64,000 nt of DNA from Candidatus Spongiisociaceae bacterium. Lineage in GTDB: Bacteria; Actinomycetota; Acidimicrobiia; Spongiisociales; Spongiisociaceae. The notes under the pieces are model-generated. The model was given only the letters and a program-made list of their open reading frames with translations, was not told where the DNA came from and did no database searches. The translations under genes were made by a program, and so were the position numbers. Location: positions 1,920,001 to 1,984,000 of the forward strand of contig OZ253564.1 of assembly GCA_965262915.1 (NCBI GenBank), in the 5' to 3' direction. Shown piece after piece: positions 13,351 through 22,724 of the stretch (positions are counted from its first letter, which is position 1; each line of letters starts with the position of its first letter).

Positions 13351-14337
13351 ATGGCACGAGTAAGACTGTTCGCGAGCCTGCGCGAGATCGCGGGAGCCTC
13401 GCAGCTCGACGTCGAAGGCGAAACGGTCGGGGATGTGGTGGCGGCTCTGGCGGCGCGTTACGGGCAGGGGTTCACCAGACGCCTGGAGACCGCGCGGATC
13501 TGGAAGAACGGGGACGAGGCCGCGGCCGGCGATCCAGTCACCGCAACCGACGAGTTGGCTGTGATACCGCCGGTCTCGGGAGGCGCAGCGGTGGGGATCG
13601 CGGGCAGCGGTCTCGAAAGCCTCGTGCTGGTCGGTCTGGTGGCGATACTGCTGGGTGCCAACGCTCTCAGCTCGGCCGTCCTGGCTGCGACGTGGGTCGG
13701 TGTGACGGCTCTCTGGGTGATCGATCTGGCGCGTTCCGCTTCCGATGGTGACTTCAGGATCGATTACCCGCCCCTCCTCGCTGCGATCCTGGTCTCGATG
13801 TCGTCCAGCATCACCTTCGGCCCGTCCGGACTCGGTGTGGGCGTCGCGATCTCGATGGTCATGGTCATGGGGTGGGCAATCGTCCAGCCCAGGGCGCGTG
13901 ATCTGACGATCATCGTGTCTTCGGTGCTCTGCGCGCTGATCGCCTCGCTATCGGTCGGTTCGATCATGCTGGCCCGAGCGTCGGCGGAGGGTGATCGCAA
14001 GGTAGCCGGGTTGTTGATCATCGCCGTGTTGGGAGCGCTTACGGGACGGGTCGTCGAGCGAAGCCGGGCCCGGATAGCCGATCCGTACCTGACGGCCTCC
14101 ATCATCACGGTACTGGCTGCCCTGGCGGTGGCCTACCTCTCGGACTTCGAGCTTCTCGGTTGGTTCTTCATAGGGTTGGTTCTGGCGGGCGGTATGATCG
14201 CCGGCCGGGGTATCGGCTCGGCTTTCCGGACGGGGCGGATCCAGTTGGCGGTGCGCCCGGACGGATTCCTGGCGGCGCTCGATGGTCCGATGGTTGCGGT
14301 GGCTGCTTTCATGCCGGTGGTCTGGTTGATATCCTGA
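13351..14337 (+). CDS. MoaD/ThiS ubiquitin-like domain fused to a multi-pass membrane domain (degenerate CdsA-like)
   Basis: VRLFASLREIAG..TVGDVVAAL..DELAVIPPVSGG continues without a stop into about 8 hydrophobic segments ending PDGFLAALDG. Confidence 0.75.
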   Translation: MARVRLFASLREIAGASQLDVEGETVGDVVAALAARYGQGFTRRLETARIWKNGDEAAAGDPVTATDELAVIPPVSGGAAVGIAGSGLESLVLVGLVAILLGANALSSAVLAATWVGVTALWVIDLARSASDGDFRIDYPPLLAAILVSMSSSITFGPSGLGVGVAISMVMVMGWAIVQPRARDLTIIVSSVLCALIASLSVGSIMLARASAEGDRKVAGLLIIAVLGALTGRVVERSRARIADPYLTASIITVLAALAVAYLSDFELLGWFFIGLVLAGGMIAGRGIGSAFRTGRIQLAVRPDGFLAALDGPMVAVAAFMPVVWLIS

Positions 14338-14407
14338 GCTTCCGGTGCCGATCGGCCCGAGGTCAGGGACAGGCATCCACCACAATCCCCACCCGGCAAC
14401 AAGCGCT

Positions 14408-14572
14408 GGTGGTCTGTCTTTGAAATGGCGGTGCGGTATGCGCCGGGAGCGGCGTTCCTCGAAAGGGCCTCCGACGGAGGTGTGCGGAGAGCGCGTGCCG
14501 GGGATGGGCGGACCGAACGAGGCTCACGGGTGGCAGGTCGGCCACGGCGAATCATCTGGCAGGCATGCAGCC
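14408..14572. mobile_element. MITE-like element family A, diverged copy
   Basis: GTGGTCTGTCT..TGGCGG..GCGGCGTTCCTCG..CCGACG aligns with the reverse complement of 8961-9125. Confidence 0.6.
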
Positions 14573-14575
14573 GGC

Positions 14576-14677
14576 AAGGTGCTGAGAACCTCTCCGTTGG
14601 CTCGACGGTCGATGACAAAATGCCACGTCAGCGGACGATTGGTCAGCCATTTTGCCCGTTCTTCAGCACCCTCCTAG
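14576..14677. mobile_element. MITE-like element family B (about 100 bp)
   Basis: GGTGCTGAGAA...TTCTTCAGCACCCTCCTAG; reverse complement aligns end to end with 18430-18532. Confidence 0.65.
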
Positions 14678-14689
14678 CCTCCGAGTTCG

Positions 14690-15799
14690 ATGTTGAGGCA
14701 CTCGCGGCGTGTCCTGGTGGTGGTCGTCCTCGTCGCGTTGGCGGCGACCTCGGACCCGGTTCCCTCGGCGGCGGTCACCAAAGCGGAGGTGGACGAGGCC
14801 TGCGCGGTATACCGGGACGCCAAGCAACGACTCGATGATGCCATCGGGGAGCGGGACGAGGCGCAGGCCCAGTATGCCGAGCTCCTCTCGGAGCGGGAGG
14901 TCACCTCCGACCGGGCTGATCGGCTGCAGCGCCAGATCGCGGAGCGCGAGGACGAGGTGGAGGAGCTCCATGACCGGGTGGTCGAGTGGGCTGTCGAGTC
15001 GTACATGGCGGCCGGAACCGAGATCAGCGGAATCGTGCTCCAGACCCGGTCCCTGGAGCAACTCGTGACCGGCCAGGAGTTCCTGGCGGTGATCACCACC
15101 GACCGCGTGGCGGCCGTGGACCGCCTCAAGATCATCGTCGCCGAGACCGGGGTCATGCAGGACGAACTCGATGAGCGTACGCTTCGCCTGCTATTGATCG
15201 AAACCGAGGCTCACCGATTGGCTCAAATCCTGGCGGGAGCCACCGACGAAGCGCTGGACGTGGCCCGCGAACTGAAGGGGGACTGCCGGCGCCTGTACGA
15301 GAAACGGCAGGCCGAGCTGGCCTTGGCCCGTGCACGCGAGGCTGCCCGGCGCTCCGGGGGAGCGGGGGGAGTCTCCCCGGCCCTCACCACGGGGTTCGTG
15401 TGCCCCATGAACCGGGGAGCGGTCTCCTTCATCAACGACTGGGGTTTCCCCCGGTCGGGTGGTCGCAAGCACCGGGGAAACGACATCTTCGCACCGATGC
15501 GCCAGGCCGTGAAAGCGGTGGTGAGCGGTTCGATAAGGTTGACGGGGGGAGGTCTGGGTGGAACCGGGCTCTGGTTGTCGGCCGACAACGGGGTCGACTA
15601 CTACTACGCCCACCTGGCCGGGTACGCGTCCGGCGTGAGCAGCGGCGCGCGCGTAGCCAGAGGCCAGGTGATCGCCTACAACGGCAACAGCGGCAACGCC
15701 CGCGGGGGTGCTCCTCACCTCCATTTCCAACTGCATCCGCGCGGAAGGACCAGTGCTCCGGTGAACCCCTACCCGACCCTCGTACGGGCCTGCCGGTGA
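14690..15799 (+). CDS. Coiled-coil M23 family peptidoglycan endopeptidase
   Basis: Signal peptide, coiled coil, HRGNDIFA, YYYAHL, HLHFQ. Confidence 0.88.
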   Translation: MLRHSRRVLVVVVLVALAATSDPVPSAAVTKAEVDEACAVYRDAKQRLDDAIGERDEAQAQYAELLSEREVTSDRADRLQRQIAEREDEVEELHDRVVEWAVESYMAAGTEISGIVLQTRSLEQLVTGQEFLAVITTDRVAAVDRLKIIVAETGVMQDELDERTLRLLLIETEAHRLAQILAGATDEALDVARELKGDCRRLYEKRQAELALARAREAARRSGGAGGVSPALTTGFVCPMNRGAVSFINDWGFPRSGGRKHRGNDIFAPMRQAVKAVVSGSIRLTGGGLGGTGLWLSADNGVDYYYAHLAGYASGVSSGARVARGQVIAYNGNSGNARGGAPHLHFQLHPRGRTSAPVNPYPTLVRACR

Positions 15800-15894
15800 A
15801 ATGAGGACCGATTCGCCGCGGAGCGCGCATCGGAAGGGCCCGCCGGGCCCGCGCCGGTGGCATTGCGGACACGACGCCCGGGGCTTGCCGGTTG

Positions 15895-16791
15895 ATGTTC
15901 ACCACGATCGCTGATCGCCACTCGCCGGTCGCGCCGAGGATAGGCCCCTTCGCGGGCCGGCACTTCTTGAGCACCGTGTGGAGGCATACCGCCGAGCCTT
16001 GGCAGACACCTCGTGTGCTCGCGGACGGCAAGGGCGAGGTGGTACTGGTGGAGGACTCCGACGGGGTCGGGCTGGCAGGCCACGAGGATCTGGTCGATTA
16101 CCGGTCCCCCGTCGGGGATTCGGTGCCCTTGCTGGCCGAGTATTTCGGGAAGCTCGGTCGAGGCCACACGTTACGCTTCGACTCCCTACCGGCCACCGCG
16201 GCCGATGTGTTCACGGCGGCGCTTGACCGCGTCGGGATCCCGCACCGCACGGTTGCCCATACCGCGACCGCCGTCGTGGACCTCCCGGGTTCCTTCGATG
16301 ACTACCTGATGTCGATCGGCAAGAAGGAGAGGCACGAGACACGCCGCAAGCGGCGCCGCTTCGAGGCGGCGCTGGGAAAGCCGCGCGTGGTCACTTTCGG
16401 GGAGGCGGGTCCCGCCCTCGAGGAGTTCTTCCGCCTGCACCGGAGGGCGGAGGGGGCCAAGGGTTCGTTCATGACCGATCGGATGTCCGGTATGTTCGGA
16501 GATCTCCTGGGGGGTGAAGGCTGGCGGCTGGACGCCCTGTACGGCGATGATCCGCGACCGGCGGCGGCCGTGATCGGCTACACCGACCAGGACGGCTACT
16601 ACCTCTACAACTCTGCCTACGACCCCGATCTGCGTGGCGCGTCGCCGGGTGTGGTGCTGCTGAGCGAACTTATCCGGTCGTCCATCGAGAGAGGGCTGGA
16701 GGTGTTCGACTTCCTCAAGGGCGACGAGACCTACAAGTTCAAGATGGGTGCCCGTTCCCGCTCCCTCTTCGTCATCGAGGGCACGACATGA
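15895..16791 (+). CDS. GNAT acetyltransferase, CelD/BcsL type
   Basis: LPGSFDDYL..RRKRRR, YNSAYDP..SPGVVLL..FDFLKGDETYK. Confidence 0.85.
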   Translation: MFTTIADRHSPVAPRIGPFAGRHFLSTVWRHTAEPWQTPRVLADGKGEVVLVEDSDGVGLAGHEDLVDYRSPVGDSVPLLAEYFGKLGRGHTLRFDSLPATAADVFTAALDRVGIPHRTVAHTATAVVDLPGSFDDYLMSIGKKERHETRRKRRRFEAALGKPRVVTFGEAGPALEEFFRLHRRAEGAKGSFMTDRMSGMFGDLLGGEGWRLDALYGDDPRPAAAVIGYTDQDGYYLYNSAYDPDLRGASPGVVLLSELIRSSIERGLEVFDFLKGDETYKFKMGARSRSLFVIEGTT

Positions 16792-18023
16792 TCGGGCGGG
16801 TCGCCTTCCTGTCGATGCACACCTCCCCGCTCGACCTTCCCGGGTCGGGTGACGCCGGCGGCATGAACGTCTGCATCGACGAGTTGGCCACCAGCCTGGT
16901 TCGCCGGGGTGTGGAAGTCACGGTCTTCACCAGGCGTACCGATCCGGAACAGCCCGAGTCGACGGACACGTCGGACGGGTACCGGGTGGCGCATGTGGAT
17001 GCCGGGCCACCGCGGCGGATTCCCATAGCCGGGCTGGGGGATTGGGTGGGCGAGTTCGCCGGCCACGTCATCGAGGCCATCGCCGACCATCACCGCGGGG
17101 AGATCGCAACCGATCTCGTCCATAGCCACTACTGGCTGTCTGGTTGGGCGGGTCTGATCGTCAAGCAGGCCACCGGGCTTCCGATGGCCAACTCGTTCCA
17201 TACGCTCGGCAGGGTCAAGGACGCCACCAGGCGCCCTGGGCAGCCACCGGAACCGTTGCGGCGGATCGCGGCCGAGGCTGAGGTCATCGCCCTCTCGGAC
17301 TGCGTCATCGCATCCACCGACTACGAGGCGTTCGAGCTGATCGATCACTATGGTGCCGACCCGAGCCGGGTCTGCGTCAACCCGCCCGGAATCGATCTCC
17401 GGTTGTTCCGGCCCGGTGAGTGCCAGGAGGCGCGCCACGAGATCGGAATCGACGACGCGCCTACGGTCCTGTTCGTGGGTCGTATCCAGCCGCTGAAGGG
17501 ACTCGATGTGGCCGTCGAGGCGCTCCGAACGGTTCGGGAGCGGCTTCCACAGGCCCGGCTGCTGGTGGTGGGGGGGCCGAGCGGTCCGTCGGGCGAGGCT
17601 GAATACCGCCTCGTCAGGGAGTTGGCGGATCGGCTGGGACTGCGGGAGGCCGTGACCTGGTGGGGCGTGCAACCGCGCCACCGCATCCCGCTGTTCTACC
17701 GGGCGGCCGATGTGCTGATCGTACCCTCGCGGAGCGAATCGTTCGGCTTGGTGGCCGCCGAGGCGCAGGCCACCGGATTGCCGGTGGTGGCCGCCAACGT
17801 CGGCGGCCTGCGGTACATAGTCCGCGACGGCGCCTCGGGGATCCTGGTGGATGGATGGGATCCGGCCGGCTACGGCAAGGTACTGTCTGGGATCCTCGAA
17901 TCTCCGGCCGAACGCCTCCACCTCGCGAGAGGTGCTGTGGAGGCGGGTAGCCGTTACGGCTGGGGCACGGCGACCGATCGCCTCTTGGAGCTCTACCGTG
18001 GGATAACCGATGGGACGCGCTGA
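16788..18023 (+). CDS. mshA: D-inositol-3-phosphate glycosyltransferase (mycothiol synthesis)
   Basis: SMHTSPL..PGSGDAGGMNV, HSHYWLSG, GRIQPLKG, SESFGLVAAEAQA; followed by ybjN. Confidence 0.88.
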   Translation: MIGRVAFLSMHTSPLDLPGSGDAGGMNVCIDELATSLVRRGVEVTVFTRRTDPEQPESTDTSDGYRVAHVDAGPPRRIPIAGLGDWVGEFAGHVIEAIADHHRGEIATDLVHSHYWLSGWAGLIVKQATGLPMANSFHTLGRVKDATRRPGQPPEPLRRIAAEAEVIALSDCVIASTDYEAFELIDHYGADPSRVCVNPPGIDLRLFRPGECQEARHEIGIDDAPTVLFVGRIQPLKGLDVAVEALRTVRERLPQARLLVVGGPSGPSGEAEYRLVRELADRLGLREAVTWWGVQPRHRIPLFYRAADVLIVPSRSESFGLVAAEAQATGLPVVAANVGGLRYIVRDGASGILVDGWDPAGYGKVLSGILESPAERLHLARGAVEAGSRYGWGTATDRLLELYRGITDGTR

Positions 18024-18432
18024 ACTCTCGGAGCGCCTCGGGACCGTATTCGGGTCATGGGTCGACGACCCGGACTCCGACGTCGTGGCCGCCGAGTTGG
18101 TCGAGGGGCGCTGGGCTGTACGCATGGCTCAGCAGACCCGCGATTTCACGACGGTGTGGGTGACACCGGGGGATCTGACCGTTGCCTTCGAGGCCTACGT
18201 GCTGCCGCCGCCGCCTCGAAGAGTTGAGGAGGTGTACCGGCATCTTCTGTTCCGCAACCACCGGGCCTGGCGCGTCCACTTCGCGATCGATCGCTACGGC
18301 GAGATATACCTATTCGGCCGGGTGGATGTCTCCCAGGCGACCGAGGACACCCTCCAGTACGTGTTCGCGGAGATATACGGGCTGGTCGATCTGTCCTTCC
18401 GGCCCCTGGTGAGGACCGGATTCGGTCGTTAG
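18010..18432 (+). CDS. YbjN-domain (T3SS chaperone-like) protein
   Basis: Usual partner downstream of mshA; EAYVLP..VYRHLLFRN..HFAID..GEIYL. Confidence 0.75.
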   Translation: MGRAELSERLGTVFGSWVDDPDSDVVAAELVEGRWAVRMAQQTRDFTTVWVTPGDLTVAFEAYVLPPPPRRVEEVYRHLLFRNHRAWRVHFAIDRYGEIYLFGRVDVSQATEDTLQYVFAEIYGLVDLSFRPLVRTGFGR

Positions 18433-18532
18433 GAGAATGCCGAAAAACGGGTAAATGGTTGGCCCGTCGTCGCCGACGTAGCATCTTGTCGTCGACCGTC
18501 GGGCCAACGGGGGTTTCTCAGCACTCTCCTAG
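18430..18532. mobile_element. MITE-like element family B; its left end coincides with the ybjN stop codon
   Basis: TAGGAGAATGCCGAAAAAC...GTTTCTCAGCACTCTCCTAG; homologous to 14576-14677. Confidence 0.65.
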
Positions 18533-18802
18533 AGGGTGAGCGGATAAGCGGAGTTCGATCGCCCGTGTAGCCGCTCCCTGTCCGGTTGCCGGCCGGCTCT
18601 CTCCTGATCGTCGCTGTCTCCTCATGAACTGTCGCAATCTGTGTGTTCCAACCTGAACTCCTATCCGCGCATCCTCTCAGGAGGCTTGGATGCCGACGAT
18701 TGCTCCGGGCCCGCCGCGCTCGGATCAGGCGTCTACGGGTGGCCGCGGGCCGCGTGCGACCAGCCCCGCGGATGCCACTCCGTCAAAAAAACCCTTGCAT
18801 TC

Positions 18803-18870
18803 TTATCTACAGACAGTGTGCACAACCCCTTGGGGATTGTGTGGATAACTGCTCTTCGGGGGCTCATAAT
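18803..18870. promoter_or_regulatory. Cluster of three DnaA-box-like sites with a possible overlapping promoter
   Basis: TTATCTACA (18803), TGTGCACAA (18817), perfect TGTGGATAA (18840); TGGATA-17 bp-CATAAT on + strand; locally AT-rich. Confidence 0.55.
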
Positions 18871-18876
18871 CTGATG

Positions 18877-19059
18877 ATGGCCCTATAAACAATTTGGTAA
18901 CAGCTGTTTACAGGAGGATTGATTCTCCGGATACGACCACGTAAGGTATTAGCACGAAGGCCCGAGGTGCTGGAGCCGAGCGAATCCGTCAGGGGAAGTG
19001 CGGTGGAATTCGGTAAAGGTTCCTCGGGCTTTCGTCGTGCGGGTCGTGTCATGTTCCGG
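18877..19059 (+). ncRNA. Candidate structured RNA or leader upstream of pyc (family unassigned)
   Basis: Nested stems 18930-38/19042-50, 18954-67/19022-35, 18975-80/19009-14, whose mismatches are all G-U on the + strand; two short 5' hairpins. Confidence 0.4.
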
Positions 19060-19195
19060 GTCGCCCGCTACCGGGGGACAGGCACTGCAGCGGGGGAACC
19101 TGGGGTTACACCAGGATCGGTCAGTGGGGGCCGCGCTCGTGCACCCGGATGCGAGTACGGTCGCGTCCTGCCTGGTAGTCTTGCTGCCGGAAACG

Positions 19196-22100
19196 ATGAA
19201 GAAAATCATGGCTGCCAACCGGGGCGAGATCGCCATTCGAATCATGCGGGCGGCGACCGAGTTGGGCCTTCGCACCGCGACGATCTACTCCAACGAAGAC
19301 CGCCTCAGCCTGCACCGGTTCAAGGCGGACGAAGCCTACGAGATCGGTAGCGACAAGGGACCGGTGGCTGCCTACCTGGACGTGGACGGCATCATCGCTC
19401 TGGCCAGGGAACGCGGGGTAGACGCCATCCACCCCGGTTACGGATTCCTCTCGGAGAACAGCAGGTTCTCGCGGGCCTGCGCCGATGCCGGTATCACCTT
19501 CGTCGGGCCGACGCCCGAACTGCTCGAGGCGCTCGGCGACAAGACGGCGGCGCGCCGGCTGGCACGGAAGGCCGGCGTTCCGACCGTTCCCGGCACCGGC
19601 CTGGTGCCCGATGACCCGGACCGGATCCTGCAGATGGCCGAGTCGGTGGGATATCCCCTGATCGTAAAGGCGTCCTTCGGGGGCGGCGGCCGGGGTATGC
19701 GGGTCGTGAGCGGCCGTGACAAGCTCCTGGGCAGGCTGGAGGAGGCCCGGGGGGAGGCCCAGCGCACCTTCGGCGACGGATCCGTGTTCCTCGAGCGTTA
19801 CATCGCCCGGGCGCGTCACATCGAGGTTCAGATCCTGGCCGATGTGCACGGATCCGTGGTCCACCTGTGGGAGCGGGACTGCTCGGTCCAGCGGCGACAC
19901 CAGAAGGTGGTAGAGCTCGCTCCGGCGCCCAACCTCTCCGACGAACTGCGCGACGAGATCTGCGCGGCGGCGATCCGCGTCGCCCGCACGACCGGCTACG
20001 TCAACGCCGGCACCGTCGAGTTCCTGGTGGACGCGGACACCGGCGAGTGGTTCTTCATCGAGGTGAACCCGCGCATACAGGTGGAGCACACCGTCACCGA
20101 GGTGGTGACCGGCATCGACCTGGTGCGGTCCCAGTTCCTGGTGGCACAGGGTTGCCGGCTGCACAAGGCACCCCTGTCGATCCCGCAGCAGCACGAGATC
20201 CCCCGGCGAGGCACCGCCATCCAATGCCGGATCACAACCGAGGATCCCGAGAACGAGTTCTCGCCCGACTACGGCCGCCTCCAGACGTTCCGCACCGCCG
20301 GAGGGTTGGGTATCCGCCTCGACGGGACGGCCTATGCCGGCGCGGTCCTCAGCCCGTTCTACGATTCGCTCCTGGTCAAGCTCACCGCCTGGGACGCCGA
20401 CGTTTCCGGTGCCTGCACCCGGGCCGACCGCGCTCTTCAGGAGTTCCGCATCCGGGGCGTCAAGACCAACATCGGGTTCCTGCGGAACGTGGTCAACCAC
20501 GAGGACTTCCAGAACGGGGCGGTGACGACGCACTTCCTCGACGAGACGCCCGAGTTGTTCGATTTGAAGCCGGCCCGCGACCGAGCCAACCGGTTGCTCA
20601 GCTTCATCGGTGACACCATCCTCAACGGGAACCCCACCGTGGCGGGGAAGGACCATCCCAAGAAGCTCAAGCCTCCCCTGGCGGTGCCGTTCGAGCAGGG
20701 CTCGGATCCGCCACCCGGTACGCGCCAACTCCTGCTGGAGTTGGGACCCGACCGCTTCGCCCAGTGGGTGTGGGACCGCAAGTGCTTGCTGGTAACCGAC
20801 ACGACCTTCCGTGACGCGCACCAGTCCCTGCTGGCGACCCGGGTCCGTACCTACGATCTGCTGGGGACGGCCCGGGCTGTGGCGAGGCGGCTACCGAACC
20901 TGTTCAGCGTCGAGATGTGGGGAGACGCCACCTTCGACGCCGCGCTCCGCTTCCTCTACGAAGACCCGTGGGAGCGCCTGCGCCTGCTGCGCGAGGCGAT
21001 CCCGAACATCTGCTTCCAGATGCTGCTCCGAGCCTCCAACGCGGTGGGCTACACCAGCTACCCGGACAACGTCGTGCGCGATTTCACGATCGAAGCCGCC
21101 CGGCAGGGCATTGATGTGTTCCGGGTCTTCGACTCGCTCAATGACGTGAGGAACATGGAGGTGGCCATCGATACGGTACGCAGCACGCACGCTGTCTGCG
21201 AGGCCGCCATCTGTTACACCGGCGACATCCTCGATCCGAGCCGTCCCAAGTACAGCCTCGACTACTACGTGGACCTGGCCGGCCAACTCAAGGAGATGGG
21301 CACGCACATGCTCTGCATCAAGGACATGGCGGGGCTGTGCCGACCGTATGCAGCCGCCCGGTTGGTGCGGGTGCTGCGGGAGGAAGTAGGCCTGCCGATC
21401 CACTTCCACACCCACGATGCGAGCGGAGTGCAGGCGGCGACCCTGATCAAGGGCGGCGAGGCCGGGATCGATGTGATCGACGCGGCCGTGGCGGCGGTGT
21501 CGGGCTCGACCAGCCAGCCGAACCTCAACACGATCGTTGGTTCTCTCAAAGGCACGGAGCGCGACACCGGGCTCGACTCGGACGCCTTGGGCGACTGTTC
21601 GCTCTACTGGGAGACGGTCCGCACCTATTACAGGCCGTTCGACAACTCGCCCAAGTCCGGGAGCGCCCGGCTATACGACCACGAGATCCCGGGCGGCCAG
21701 TTCACCAACCTCCAGCAGCAGGCCGCGGCCCTGGGTCTCGGTCAACGCTGGCGGGAGGTCGAGGAGATGTATGCGGATGTCAACCGGATGCTGGGCGACA
21801 TCGTCAAGGTGACTCCGTCCAGCAAGGTGGTGGGCGATCTGGCCCTGTTCCTGCTTGCCAAGGGCATGACCTGCGACGAGGTACGGAGGCTACCGGCGGA
21901 GCACAATGTCGGGTTCCCCGAGTCGGTGGTCGACATGATGCGGGGGTCCCTAGGTGAGCCTCCCGGCGGGTGGCCACCGGACATCCGGGAGATCCTGCTC
22001 TGCCGCAACGAACCGATCGACGGGAGGGCGGGCGAGAGCTTGCCCGGGGCCGATATCGATGCGGCCGTAGTGGCGGCGGGAGAGTTGCTCGGGCGGGAGG

Positions 22101-22724
22101 CGGAGTGGGCGGACGGTCTCAGCTACCTGCTGTACCCGAATGAGTTCGCCCGCTTCGCCGAGACGCGCCGCCGCTACGCCGATGTCGGGGTGCTTCCCAC
22201 TCCGGTGTTCTTCTACGGGCTGGAGGAGGGCGAGGAGTGCATGTTCGACATCGAGCCCGGCAAACGCCTCATCGTCAAGTTCCATACGATCGGTGAACCT
22301 CAGCCCGACGGTACCCGCATGATCTTCTTCGATCTCAACGGGCAGCCCCGTGAGATACGGGTTCGCGACATGTCGCTCCAGGCCGACAAGCCGGCCGCTC
22401 GCAAGGCCGACGGCAGCACCCGAACCATCTCGGCGCGCCGACGCCGGGCGTGGTGACCGGCCTCTTCGTCACCGTGGGAGACGAGGTGACGGCCAATACC
22501 AAGCTGCTGACCCTCGAAGCGATGAAGATGCAGAGCACCATCTACGCGCCCGACTCGGGTCGGGTCGGGTCGAGGAGATACTGGTGGAGGCGGGGAGCCG
22601 GGTGGACGCCAAGGACCTGCTCCTCATCATAGACCAGGTGTCAGGTGTCAGGTGTCAGGTGTCAGGTGTCAGGCCACTGACCACCGACAACTGGCGGCTG
22701 ACCACCGGCTACCGGCGCCGGTAG
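19196..22724 (+). CDS. pyc: Pyruvate carboxylase; biotin-carrier domain disrupted by two frameshifts (pseudogene or assembly error)
   Basis: ANRGEIAIR, HPGYGFLSEN, RDCSVQRRHQK, DTTFRDAHQS, HFHTHD, IVKVTPSSK; EAMKM biotin motif lies in another frame (22450..), third frame ends at 22724. Confidence 0.9.
22635..22720. repeat. Heptamer tandem repeat (CAGGTGT)x5 followed by degenerate complementary heptamers
   Basis: Five exact copies 22635-22669, then CTGACCA-CCGACAA-CTGGCGG-CTGACCA-CCGGCTA; between convergent genes. Confidence 0.85.

Noticed and set aside
18631-18760. Possible 6S-like hairpin on the minus strand
   Set aside because: Only short scattered stems in GC-rich DNA; apical arm too short
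18975-19015. SRP RNA resemblance (GAATCCGTCAGG)
   Set aside because: Lacks the GNRA-capped CCGGAAGG-AGCAG domain IV motif
18990-19125. Cobalamin riboswitch-like words (GGGAA..GGTG.AA, CCCGC, CACTG..GGGAA)
   Set aside because: Spacing and required pairings are not satisfied and no B12 box follows; the words compete with a stronger alternative rod structure
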